Shown: piece after piece, positions 27,433 through 42,607 of the stretch
Layout: the number at the start of each line of letters is the position of its first letter
How positions within the stretch are numbered: the first letter of the stretch is position 1
NCBI RefSeq assembly: GCF_009914755.1
Contig: NC_060933.1
From: the human T2T-CHM13v2.0 reference genome, Homo sapiens
Length of the DNA stretch: 64,000 bases
Direction: 5' to 3' (one strand)
The notes under the pieces: generated by a model
Seen by the model: only the letters and a program-made list of their open reading frames with translations
Databases searched by the model: none
Told to the model about the DNA's origin: nothing
Translations under genes and position numbers: made by a program

Positions 27433-28136
27433 CCATTTTTTTTTTTTTCAATCCTAAAAATTAGTTCTGACTTTAGAATAGAGATTCTGAATATTTTTAA
27501 GGCATTATTATATAGTTGAAAAATAAGGTCAAGATCAGATTAAGCTTTGATAGTCCAAGTTAGCAAAAATACTAATAATGCCTCTACATGGATTTCCTTG
27601 AATCTTGTCCTGTGTTTTACTGATATTGAAAGTGTTTTTTATGTTGCTGTGCTTAATTTTATTTAAAACGTTTTTTCTCTGTTTTTTTAATTTAAGGAAA
27701 GCCATGCTATTAAACAAACAAACAAACCTATGAGCTAAGCTCTCGGGTTATATTTGAAAATAAAAAGTGTTTCCTGGACTGAAAGAGCTCATAAGCTAAT
27801 TGAGGAAATACACATATAAATAACTCGAATGAAGGAATTAGGTAAAAAAAATGAGATTCTTCCTGTTTGCACATCTTCATGCCTTAACAACAACCAAAAA
27901 AATCTGCACACACACAACCACAGGAAAAAGGAAGTCCTCTTGCAGTCTTCTTATCTCATCATGTACTTGATTACACAAACTAGAAATCTAACGTTCCTCA
28001 ACCCTCGCCCCCAAATCTAGTCTGCCCCATGATAGTTGATGTGACCACTTTACACTGGTTTTTCCATCGACTTTCCTAGAGCAGCTGCCATCACCACCAA
28101 CACCAGTGCCAGCTTCTTAATCCACATCATTGCTTA

Positions 28137-28906
<770 letters not shown>

Positions 28907-28949
28907 TCAAATATTGCCTATTGTTCTTTGTATTAATACTAACTTTCTT

Positions 28950-29260
28950 TTTTATCCTTATCATTATTTTTTCTTTTGAGACAGGGTCTTGCTCTGTCAC
29001 TCAAGCTGGAGTGCAGTGGCGCAATCACATCTCACCGCTGCCTCGAGCTCCAGGGCTCCAGTGATCCTCCTGCCTTAGCCTCCCGAGTAGCCAGGAGCAC
29101 AGGTGTGTGCCACCATGCCTGGCTAATTTTTGTATTTCTCAGTAGAGATGGGGTCTTGCTGTGTTGCCCAGGCTGGTCTCTAACTCCTGGCCCCAAGTGA
29201 TCCTCCTGCCTCGGCCTCTCAAAGTGCTGGGATTACAGGTGTGAGCCACTGCACCTGGCC
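28950..29260 (-). mobile_element. Alu (AluJ-type), probable donor of the 30.5-31.2 kb inverted copy
   Basis: Both monomers; degenerate TSD tactaactttct / tatcaacttttc. Confidence 0.9.
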
Positions 29261-29655
29261 GGTATCAACTTTTCCTACCTGACTTGCAGAAACCTGCACA
29301 GCTTGGCCACTGCTGACCCCTCCAGCTTCATCACAGGCCAGAAGGCCCCTCCTCTTCCTCATGCAACCCCTTGAAGGTCCTGCTTCTGTCAAGGGCTCTA
29401 CGCTTGCCAGTCCCACTGCCGTGCTGGTGCTCTGCACTGCGCTAGCTCTTCCTCAGCCTCCAGAGGCTGACCCATGCTGCATCCTCCTTAACCTCTGCCT
29501 CACAGCATCGTATATTTATTTATGTGATAGTTTGATGAATAGCCATCTCTCTGACCAGACTAGCATAGTGCTTTATATACACTAAGCATCACAATGTTTG
29601 TCAAATGGATCAATAGATGACTAAAAAATTAAACTGGGATTGTAAAGTGGGATTC

Positions 29656-29775
29656 TGGGGGTCTTTGACAACTTCATGGAAAATGCCTATTATGAATAAG
29701 CTACATAGGAATTTCAAAGTTTTTTGCCCAAAATAAACTATACTGACTTCTTATAACATGTCTGAACAGAACATA
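29656..29775 (+). mobile_element. HSMAR2 mariner 5'-end fragment
   Basis: ggggtctttgacaacttcatggaaaatgcctattatgaa...ccaaaataaact...ttataacatgtctgaacag matches the recalled HSMAR2 5' TIR/leader. Confidence 0.7.
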
Positions 29776-29913
29776 TTGACTTTGTGTGATATAGCTAAAG
29801 CAATGTTTAAGGGAAAATTTATAGCATTAAATGCTTATATTAATAAAAGGAAATCAATGATCTATGCTTCCATCTTTAGAAACTAGAAAAAGAAACAAAT
29901 TAAACTTAAAGCA

Positions 29914-30246
<333 letters not shown>

Positions 30247-30469
30247 CTAAAGACAAGAGCAGAAGTCCATGAAATAGAAAATGGAAAAGCAATAGGAAAA
30301 CATAATCAAGGAAACCAAAGTTGCTTCTATGAAAAGATTAATATAATTGACAAGGCTCTGATCAGACTGATCAAGAAAAAAAGAGACACAAATTACCAAT
30401 ATCAGAAATGAAAGAGGGGATATCATTACAGATCCTACAGATATTTAAAGGTTAATACAGAACATTATA

Positions 30470-31402
<933 letters not shown>

Positions 31403-31864
31403 TTAGAAAAAATGGGCAAATTCCTTGAAAGACAGTTACCAAAGCTCATTCAAGAAAAAATAGATGGTACCATATAAATTAAAGAAATTAAATTTGTTGT
31501 TAAAAACCTAACAACAATACAAACTCTGGGCCTAGACGACTTTCCTTGTGAATTCTACCAATACTTAAGAAAGAATTAATGCCAACTCTACACTATCTCT
31601 TCCAGAAAATGGAAGAGGAGGGAACAATTACCAACCCTTTTTATGAGGCCAACATTACATTGATATCAAAACCAGACATTGCAAAAAAAAAAAAAAAAAA
31701 GAAAAAGAAAGCTATAGAGCAATATTCCCCATGAGCAAAGACACGTAAATCCTCAATAAAATACCAGCAAATCAAATCCAGCAATATATGAAAAGGATAA
31801 CACATCTGACCAATGAGGTTTATGCAAGGATGCAAGTCTGGTTCAACATTCAAAAAACAATCAG

Positions 31865-32479
<615 letters not shown>

Positions 32480-32887
32480 TCATCATACCAACAGATTAAA
32501 AAAGAAAAACCATATGATCATCTTAATAGATATTGAAAAAAGCATTTGACAAAATTCAACATCTACTCATGAAAAAAACCTCTCAGCAAACCAGTAAGAG
32601 AAAGGAGTTTCTTCAACCTCATAAAAGGCATCTACAAAAAACCTGCAGCTAATATCTAATTAATAATGAAATACTAAATATTTTCCAAGATCAGAAAGAA
32701 AGCAAAGGTATGCAGTGTCATTATTGTACTGGAAAGCCTAGCCAGTGGAATAAGGCCAGAAAAAGAAATAAAAGATATACAAATTGGAGAGGAAGAAATG
32801 AAACAGCTTCTATTTCCATTCAATATGATTATCTATATAGAAAATCTCAAAAAATCTATGAAAAAGTTATTAGAACTAATATTAGTG

Positions 32888-33260
32888 TGCCAGGCATGGT
32901 GGTGTGCACCTGTAGTCTCAGCTACTCAACAGGCTGGTGTGGGAAGATCATTTGAGCTCAGGTGTTTGAGACCAGTCTGGGCAATAAAGTAAGACCCTTT
33001 CTCTAATAATAATAATAAAAGTAGCACACTGTTTCTGGTCACCTTTGAGACTGGCTTACTCTGGGTCTGTTGCTCCAGACTCAGCTTTCTTAGACAGAGC
33101 TCATTTTGTCAAGTGCAGTGGCTCATGCCTGTAATACCAGCTACTTGAGAGACTGAAGTGGGAACTCCAGGAGTTTGAGGCTGCAGTGAGCTATGATTGC
33201 ACCACTGTACTCCAGCCTGGGCAACAGTGACCCCATCTCTAAAAAACCCAAAAAACCAAG
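32888..33260 (+). mobile_element. FLAM-like monomer + ~90 bp non-repeat insert + second Alu monomer
   Basis: Alu text at 32888-33020 and 33110-33260; L1 resumes collinearly afterwards. Confidence 0.75.
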
Positions 33261-33961
33261 TGTAGTGATGTCATAAGATACAAGGTCAATATAAAAAGAA
33301 GTAATTATAATTTTGTGGACCAGAAATGAATCCTTTGAAATTGAAATTAGAAAGGAAACAATACCATTTACCATAGCACCAAAACCTGTAAAATGCTTAG
33401 GTATAAATTTAACAAAACATGTACAATGTCATTATGCTGAAACTGAAAAACACCAATGAAAGAAATCAAAGAAGACCTGAATGGAGAGATATACTATGTT
33501 CATGAATTGAAAGACTCAATATGGTTAAATTGTCAATTATTCTGAAATTTGGGATTTAATACAATCTCGATCAAAATCTCAGCAGGAGTGTTTATAGAAA
33601 TCAACAAGCTGATTCTAAAATGTATATGGAAAGGCAATAGACTAGAAGAGCCAAAATATCTTTGAAAAAAGAACAAAACTTGGAGGGTTCTCACTGTCTG
33701 ATTTGAAGAGTTACTTTAAAGCTATGATAATCAAGACAGTGCAGTGTTGGCAAAGGGTATACAAATAGATCAGTGGAACCAAAATACACTACCATGTATA
33801 TATACTTAATTTATTTTCATCAAAGTTACAATATAACTCAATATAGGACCATCTTTTAAACAAATGATTCTGGAACAATTGGACATTTGTATGCAAAAAA
33901 AAAAATGAAATTTGACTCACACATTGCACCACATACAAAAATGAACTCAAAACACAACCTA

Positions 33962-34255
33962 GGCCGGGCACAGTGGCTCCCGCCTGTAATCCCAGCACTT
34001 TGGGAGGATCACCTGAGGTCAGGAGTTTGAGACCAGCCTGGCCAACATGAAGAAACCTTGTTTCTACTGAAAATATAAATATTAGCTGGGCATGGTGGCC
34101 CACGTCTGTAGTCTCAGCTACTTGGGAGGCTGAGGCAGCAGAATTGCTTGAACCCAGGAAGCGGAGGTTGCAGTGAGCCAATATCGTGCCACTGCACTAC
34201 AACCTGGGCAACAGAGCAAGACTGTCTCAAAAAACAAGCAAACAAACAAAAAACA
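33962..34255 (+). mobile_element. Alu (AluS-type) inside L1
   Basis: Both monomers with a small left-arm deletion. Confidence 0.93.
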
Positions 34256-35053
34256 GAACGTAAACTAACTTTTAAATCTGAAACTATAAAACTTTTAGAA
34301 GAAAACAGAAAAAAATTTGTGGTTTTGGTTTTGGCAAAGATTTCTTATATCTGACAACTAAAACACAACCTGCTTAAAATTTGATAAATTAGACCTTATC
34401 AAAATTAAAAAAATTAATGAAAAGACAATTCGCAGATTTGGTGGAAACATTTCCAAAACACAATTCTGATAAAGAGTTTATAGCCAGGATATATGAAACA
34501 CTCTCAAAACTCAATAATAAGTAAGCAACCAAAATAAAAAGTGGACAAAAGATATGGACACTTCATCAAAAGAATATTTATGGATACCAAATAAGGCCAT
34601 AAAAATATGCTCAATGTAATTAGTCATTATGTAAATGCTGAGATATCACTATACAGCTGTTACAATGGCTTTTTTAAAACCTGACAATGACAAGTGTTGG
34701 TGAGAATGCAGAGCGACTGCAACTCTTGTACATTATTGATGCAAACACAAAATGGCATGGCTACTATGGAAACAGTTTGGCAGTTTCTCATAAAGTTAAA
34801 CATATACTTATGATATAACCCGGCAATCCCACTCCTAGATATTTATTCAAGATAAATCACATGAAAATCTGTGGATGAATGTTTATAGCAGCATGATTTG
34901 TAATAGTCCCAAACTGGAAAAACAATTCAAATATTCTTTAAACCATGGTATGTCCATATAATAAAATACTACTCAGCAAGAAAATTGAATGAGCTATAGA
35001 TAAATGCAAAACACAAGTGAATTTCAAGTGAATTATGCTAAGTAAAAGAAGCC

Positions 35054-35185
35054 AGGCCAGGTGTGGTGGCTCACTCCTGTAATCCTAGCACTTTGAGAGG
35101 TCAAGGCACGAGGATTGCTTGAGCCCAGGAGTTTGAGACCAGCCTGGGCAACATAGCGAGACCCTGTCTCTATTTTAATAGAAAT
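35054..35185 (+). mobile_element. FLAM_C-like monomer
   Basis: Left-monomer only; flanking aaaagaagcca duplicated. Confidence 0.85.
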
Positions 35186-35499
35186 AAATGATTTTTCAAA
35201 AAAGAAGCCAGACTCAAAAAGGCTGCATAGTTATAATTCCACTAAAATTACTTTCTAGAAAAGGCAAAACTATGGAACAGACAACAGATCAATGGCTGGG
35301 GGAATAAATTTACTGGGCTGGGGGAGTGAATTTATTACAAAAGGGTCTGGGGAATTTTGGGGAGCAATGGAAGTGTTCTATAGCTTGATTACAGTGGTGG
35401 TCACATGACTATTTCAGTTTGTTAAAACGTACAGAACTATACACTAAAAAAAGGTAAGTTATACTCTAGATAATTATACCTCAATAAAACTGACTTTAA

Positions 35500-36180
35500 A
35501 ACAAGAATTTGGGAGAATTAACATCTTCATAATGTTGAGTTTTCTAAATTATGAACATGATATATGCTGCCCATTTATTTAGGTCTTAGTTTTCTCATAG
35601 TTTTGGTGAGGTTTGATTTTAAGTTTATGCTATCCTTGCAAAATAATTGAGGAGTATATCCTCTTTATTTTCTGGTAAAGTTTATGCAGGATTGGAATTA
35701 CTGTAACTTGTACTTAAACATTTGGTACCGGTGAAGTCATCTAGACCTGAGGTTCTCTACTTAGGAAGTTTTTTTCTTTTAAAATTACTGATTAAATTCA
35801 TGGAATGGTTATAGGACTACTTAGTTTTTCTATTTCTATTAGTTTTCTATTCCTTCTTGAGCTTGTGTCAATGAGTTATGTATTTGTTCTTAAGAATTTG
35901 CCCATTTTGTCCAATTTCATACAATTTTTGGATATATTGATATATTATTCATTTTTCAATAGATGTGAGACTTTATGTCATTATGGAACACAATGTTATT
36001 TTGAAGTGTTTGTCAGATTGCCATACAAAATCAGTTTCTTCCTCTACCATTTCTTCTTGTGTTTTAAAATGTTAGTTTGCTCATTTCGATTGGGAGGAGT
36101 TGAGGTTTTTCTTCATCTGGTTTTATATCGTTTGCTCCCTTTCTCTCCCTGATTAGTCTAGAATCAGGTATTAAGGTGGT
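35500..36180 (-). mobile_element. Antisense L1M fragments
   Basis: ttgggagaattaacatcttcataatgttgagt...ccatttatttaggtctt; gtgaagtcatctagacctg. Confidence 0.7.
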
Positions 36181-37859
36181 GTTTCTGCAGTGCTGTGACA
36201 TGGAGCACAAAGCAGATACGGTCCTGGAGGCAGAAGGCATCTTGGTGAGGCTTCTCATTTTGAGGTTGTGGCATCAGCCCTTCCCTGCTAACCCCACCAC
36301 CTGCCTCCTCCATAGACTGCAGTGTCCCTAAACTATAACTTCAGCACCAAGGCTGCTGGGCTGTTTTCTTGCCCTCTTTCCCAAGCCTGTGTCCTGGCCC
36401 GCACTGGACTCCAGTCCCTGTTGCCCTTTGGGAGTGCTGAGTCCAGATCCTGCCACTCCCAACCTGGAGCCCTGTGGGCTGTGGTGCTCACCCTGCTCCT
36501 TCTGTTTCTGATTTGTGAGAGGCTTGTCTTGTTTTCAGCCCAGGCATATGTTCTGGGCCCCCTTGTTTATATTGCACTGATGGCTGCCTTGTGGTGGGGC
36601 AGTGGGTGTGAGCAGCTGTGCACCTGCAAGTGTTTTGATCAAAAATCCCTTTGTTTTGAAATGCAATTTGTTCTCTTTGTTGGTCTCAGACTCTCCAATC
36701 CAGAGTAGAGAGGTGGCCTTACCTTGACAAGCAAAGGCGCTTAAGAGGGTTTTCTGAGTAACAAAGCATCTTGCTTGCCCTGTAATGAATTCTGCCCCTG
36801 CCACCCTGGAATGCAGACATGGCTGTGGGTTTTTAAGCCACGTTTTTCTTTCCTTCTCCTAGATTTCTGTACTTACGCATTTCCACACATGTGACATTTC
36901 AAGATGGTGGTGCAGTGGAGTGGCCTCTCTTAGTCACAGGGCTTTTTGCTGGCCCTTCCCTGACTGCTAGTGTCCTCCTCAGCCCTCCTTCCCTGCAGCC
37001 TCCTTCCCTGCAACCTCCTTCCCTGCGACCTCCCTCACCCTTCCAGTTTCAGCTTAAATACGGCTCCCTCAGAGAAACCCCGAGCAGCCGGACCCTCTTT
37101 ATACTCCTCTGCACTCTGTCTTTGCCTTCTAGGAGTTCGATGCCCATGTGGGCACCCTGGCCCATCATCCCAGATGGGCTGAATGAAGGACTTGACGTTT
37201 CTTTCCCACCTCCCCAGGCCTGCTTCCGTCCCAACACTGCTCCTGTCACAGAGAAAGGACCAGAATAAGACTGACTCTATCCCCTGTCCCCATCGCTGGG
37301 CATCTGATCTTCTCCGCGCCCAGTCCAAGGATCGTCTGCATGCCTTCCCTTCTCCCTCTCCCTCTCTGAAGGGAGCGAAGCAGCTCAAATTCGGTATGTG
37401 CCCTGTCTCTTTGAGAGGTCCAGTGTGACTTCCTGTTTGAAGATCTTCTAAGTTTATGGAATTTTAGAAACGCTCTGCTAATAAGGCAGAAGTGACCTTT
37501 GACCTCCCCTCCCCGCTTCCATCCTGTAACAGGAAGCCAGTGATTCCTTTCTGCCCCACCTACCAGAGGGGCAAGAAAACATCCCTGGGAGGAAGGCCGC
37601 TGCCTTTTGCTCTTCATCTTCTATCTGGAAAGTTCCGTGCCCTCTTCCCTGGGGGGATGAGTAAGACGGCACACAGGGCTTGGGAATTTTTAATAAGGGC
37701 CAGAGCTCTGCAGGGATGCTTGATGGGGGTGCTCGTTTTCGAGGTGGGGAGGCTGGAGGAGAGGCAGATGCTTCCAGGAGTAACTGTCTGGTTACCAGAC
37801 TGCAAGACCCACGAAGCCCAATTCTCCACCCAGGGAGGGGCGGTGGGGAAGAGGCCATC

Positions 37860-38460
37860 AATTTAAGACTTTTATTTACCTTGAACTACTCAGCCAAGCA
37901 GACACATTATTTAGGAACTAGAATAAAAAGCCATTCACTTTACTTCAATTGACCATTTAGTTCAATTTGTGTGTTACTGCAGGTAATTACTCCAGTAATA
38001 ACACGCGGTAATCGGCGCTGATTGGGAGCCGGCCCCGGCTCTGTATTAATACCGCGTGCCATATATACTAATTATCCGTGTGTTACCATGGTTATTTGCA
38101 TGGACGCCGTGTTAACGACACCCTGGAAACACAAAGCAATAGCGAGTTTTGAATTAAATCTTTGTGTTCTCTTAGAGCTAAAAGTGCATTTCACATAAAA
38201 TAATCATGAATAAAATGAGATCATCTTGGCGGAGTTGCCAGGAAGCTGATTAACTGAACTGCGTAAATGTGACTTTATCCCACTCAAGAATTAGAGCCTC
38301 CCAAACGTTGTCGGGGTTGCTAGGCAACCCCCCGAGATGACATCACTCACACAAGCCACGCTGCGGCGATGTCATCTCTACATATTTATAGCGCCTCTGC
38401 AGAGAGGGTGTGCATTATGGAAATGACATGATTTTTCTCCCGGTTGATGGGTATGAATGG
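37860..38460. promoter_or_regulatory. Candidate deeply conserved enhancer/structured element with RFX X-box, octamer and nested palindromes
   Basis: GTTGCTAGGCAAC 38316-38328; ATTTGCAT 38094-38101; many TAAT cores; CpGs retained in an AT-rich island. Conservation not verified. Confidence 0.65.
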
Positions 38461-39510
38461 CCGTCAGACCTCTGAGGGCTGTGGAGAAAGAGAATTTGGG
38501 AATACCTGTGTGACACTTTCCTGGGGTGTGACAGATGCTTTATTTCCACCAGGTTACCCTAATGGGTCCAAATGAAAAGGCGTGTGTCACAGCTGATGAG
38601 TCGTCTGAGAGCTTGGTCAGTGGAGGCCGCCATCTTCCTGCCTGTGCACAGCAGCTGCACATGTGCCCAGGTCTCCCAGGAGACCTGGGACGCTCCCCCA
38701 GCTGGGGAGAGCCCCCACCCCTGCACTACGATGGGCCCCGGCTCCCTGCTCTGGCCCTGAACTCATACCAGGGGAAAACCCAAAGCAGGGACACAGCTGG
38801 CTTGAGTGATGCTGAGCACCCCGTCATGGGAGACATTCGAGAAGAAGCTGGATGACTAGAGCAGAGAGGAAGGGGAGGGTGGGAGGTCGAAGGTTAGGGC
38901 TCTGCATTCGTGTCTCAGTGCCCACCCTGAGCCAGGCTGGACACACAGCTGAGGCCTCTGAAGAGTTTGGGACCATGAGGAGTGAGGCTTACCAGGGGCA
39001 TGTGGAGAAGGCCTACGCAGTGCCTGAGGATGAGGCAGTGCTTCCTACAGGGGCTTGAGAAAGGGCATGGCTGGAGCTCAGGCCTCCTGAGCCGGAGAGG
39101 GACTCGGGATTTGCTGGGGAGCTGCAGCTCGGTCTTCCCTGAACCCCAGCCTCCTCTGGCTGCAGCATGAAGAGGGATTAGGGGTAGGGATAAGAATCAA
39201 AAGGCAGCCGGGGGGAAATCTAAGTTTGGGGTCAGGATGGCTTCAGAGCAGCTCTCATCCGCCCTGTCAACTTCCCTGTGTGCGGGCTCATTCCTGGCCA
39301 CCCCCAGCCAAGCTGGCCCGCCAACCCCACAACACCCCACAGCTATTTCTCTTTATAGACTCCTCTTCCTCAGTCCCTGTAGAAACGAATCTGGCATAAA
39401 AGAAGTCTCGCCAAGGTCTCCAGCAACCTCTGTGTTGCCAAACCTACTCTATTCTCCAGCAGCCCTGTACTGCTTTCTTCTGGTGCCTTCTGGGGGCCCC
39501 CACCCCATCA

Positions 39511-40182
39511 GTCCTCCCCACGTGTCCTCCCCACCTGTCCTCTCCACCCGTCTCCCCCTCCGTCCTCCCCACCTGTCCTCCTCACCTGTCCTCCCTACTG
39601 GTCCTCCCCCCATCCTCCCCACCTGTCCTCCCCACCTGTCCTCCCCATCGGTCCTCCGTACCAGTCCTCCCCCATCCTCTCCAGCTGTCCTCCCCACGTG
39701 TCCTCCCCACCTGTCCTCTCCACCCGTCTCCCCCTCCGTCCTCCCCACCTGTCCTCCTCACCTGTCCTCCCTACTGGTCCTCCCCCCATCCTCCCCACCT
39801 GTCCTCCCCACCTGTCCTCCCCACCGGTCCTCCGTACCAGTCCTCCCCCATCCTCTCCAGCTGTCCTCCCCACGTGTCCTCCCCACCTGTCCTCTCCACC
39901 CGTCTCCCCCTCCGTCCTCCCCACCTGTCCTCCTCACCTGTCCTCCCTACTGGTCCTCCCCCCATCCTCTCCACCTGTCCTCCCCACCTGTCCTCCCCAC
40001 CTGTCCTCCCCACCGGTCCTCCGTACCGGTCCTCCCCCCATCCTCTCCAGCTGTCCTCCCCACCTGTCCTCTCCACCTGTCCTCCCCACCTGTCCTCCCT
40101 ACCTACCTGTCTTCTCCACCGATCCTCCCCACCATCCTCCCCACCTGTCCTCCCCACTGGTCCTCCCTACCGGTCCTCCCAC
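39511..40182. repeat. 13-bp minisatellite (gtcctccccacct) with 176-bp higher-order repeat
   Basis: Marker gtcctccccacgtg at 39511, 39687, 39863 (period 176). Confidence 0.95.
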
Positions 40183-40189
40183 TACATAA

Positions 40190-40623
<434 letters not shown>

Positions 40624-41239
40624 GACAGTCCAGTCCCTTTAAATGCCATTCCTATGGTGATAGCCCCACATGCGTCTACCCAGCTCTGACCTCTCTGATC
40701 TCCATCCTGCGATCCTCTGACCTCCACCCTGCGATCCAGATGTTTGTCCGCCCACTCAGCACCTCAGCGTCTCAACAGCTTACAGGCTGAATCGGACAAT
40801 TGCCAACAGCTCACAGCAGCACGTCCATGCCGGAAACCTGACCTCCCCCGTCTTCCCATTCCTTAAATAGCCCCCATTCTCCATCTGGCTCTGCCAACCC
40901 CGTGACACCCTCCTGGGCACCCTGCCACACTGTGTTCTGCCAGGTTCCCTGGGTCCAGCGTGTAGCTCATTCCCACCCCAGGGCCTTTGTACTCGCCATT
41001 CCCTAACCTGTAATGCCCGCCCTGCACCGAGCTATTCTCAGGGTCCCCACCCTCACTGTATTCAGCCTCAGCTCATGTGTCCCCTCCTCAGGGTCCTGCC
41101 CTCCCCCACACCTGCTCCCCACTGTTCCCAGTCCCTTACTTGTTCGATTTGCTGTGTAGAAACTATATTCATGTTCACTAATGAGTTGTCAGTTTCCCTT
41201 CCTGGAATTGGAAGCTCCACTAAACCAGTGGAGCATTGA

Positions 41240-41408
41240 GCATCAAAAGAGGTCTCACCAAGGTCTCCAGTGACCTCTGTGTTGCCAAACCCACTCCATT
41301 CTCGAGGGGCACTGTACTGCCTTCTCCTCATCCCTTCCGGGAGCAACCCCTCCCCACCACCACTGCCGTCCTCCCAACCTGTCTTCCCAACACACCAGGG
41401 GCCGCACG
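41240..41408 (+). repeat. Local direct duplicate of 39394-40199 without the minisatellite expansion
   Basis: ~83% identity by hand over the first ~105 bp; both flanks of the VNTR are present. Confidence 0.85.
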
Positions 41409-42573
41409 ATGAACAAGATGGTGCTCCATCTTGTTTACGTCTAGGTTCAAGGTGAGTTGTTGAATGAGTGAGAAACTGGAGCTGGTGGACACAGGTGAGA
41501 CATCCAGCGTGGCTTGGGGACATTTGGGGGACGGCAACGTGTTGGGACATTGTCTCCTGAAGCAGGACAAAGACCCTTTGTCCCCAGCTTTGGTGAGATG
41601 ATTCGAGTGCTTAGTGACTCAGTGACTTACCTGAGAGTTGGCGGGTCAGGGGGTGGCGCTGTCACTGGCACAGGAAAGGAGGACGGTGTAGGGCATGAGG
41701 AGTGGCCTCTGCGTCCACGGAGCCTGTGCTTTCCGACTGCAGGAAGAGCGACGCAGAGCTGAGGCGTGGGCAAGAGCTCCTGAGGCTGGGCTGGGTGGGC
41801 ATTCCCTGGGAAAGAACTTTCTGAGCTGGGGATGTGAAGGATGCACCACAAGGGGTGGGTCCTGGGCCCTGGAAGCCTCCAGGGGAAACGTCCCTGTCCC
41901 TGTCCCTGAGCTGAGGCCCAGCTGCCTGGGAGCTCAGGGAGACTGGCTACCCAGCATGCTGCCTGGAGGAGGAGTGGCAGGGCTGCCTTGTGGGGCTGGG
42001 GGCTCAGCCAAGCATGCGTGATGGCTGCAGAGAATTTCTACTGGTCCCCTTCCAGGATTGGGTCTCCCGGCGTGGGTTTTGAGAAAAACGAATCTGACTC
42101 TGGGGCTCAGGCCCAAGGTGTCAGGGCTCACGGCCCCGTACAGCGGGGCGCCCGGGGCTGAGGATTGTTTGGTGGGGGGTGCACTGATCAGTTCTTGTCC
42201 CCTGGTGACTGTGCCCCTGGCCAGCGACCTGGCCTCCCTGAGCCCTGGAGTAGGGTCTCACTTCAAATGCTGGCCGGAGCCTGCTGCCACTGAGTGCTTT
42301 AAGCAGCAGTCAGAGAGGTGGGGGCGGGGCACAGAGGCAGGGAAGACCCCCACTCGATGTATGCCAGGGTGCACACTAATGGGCCTAGAGACGAGGATCC
42401 CAGGTTCCCATGGACAAAATGGTGGCCATCTCCTGGCGCCCCTGAGCTGCCGGCAGTGGAGACGGTGGGTGGCCCCTACACCAGCCTTTCTTCATGAGGC
42501 ATTTCCAGTCTCTCCTGCCCTTGAGCAAGTTCCAGTGAACACGTGTTGCTTGCTAGGACCTGGATCCCCTGGT

Positions 42574-42607
42574 CCTAACTCTAACCCTAACCCTAACCCT
42601 AACCCTA
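42574..42607 (-). repeat. Short interstitial telomeric repeat (CCCTAA)~5.5
   Basis: cctaactctaaccctaaccctaaccctaacccta. Confidence 0.85.

Noticed and set aside
38002-38058. tRNA or pre-miRNA call for the multibranch fold
   Set aside because: No A/B boxes or T-loop motif, too short for a tRNA, and branched rather than a long single stem.
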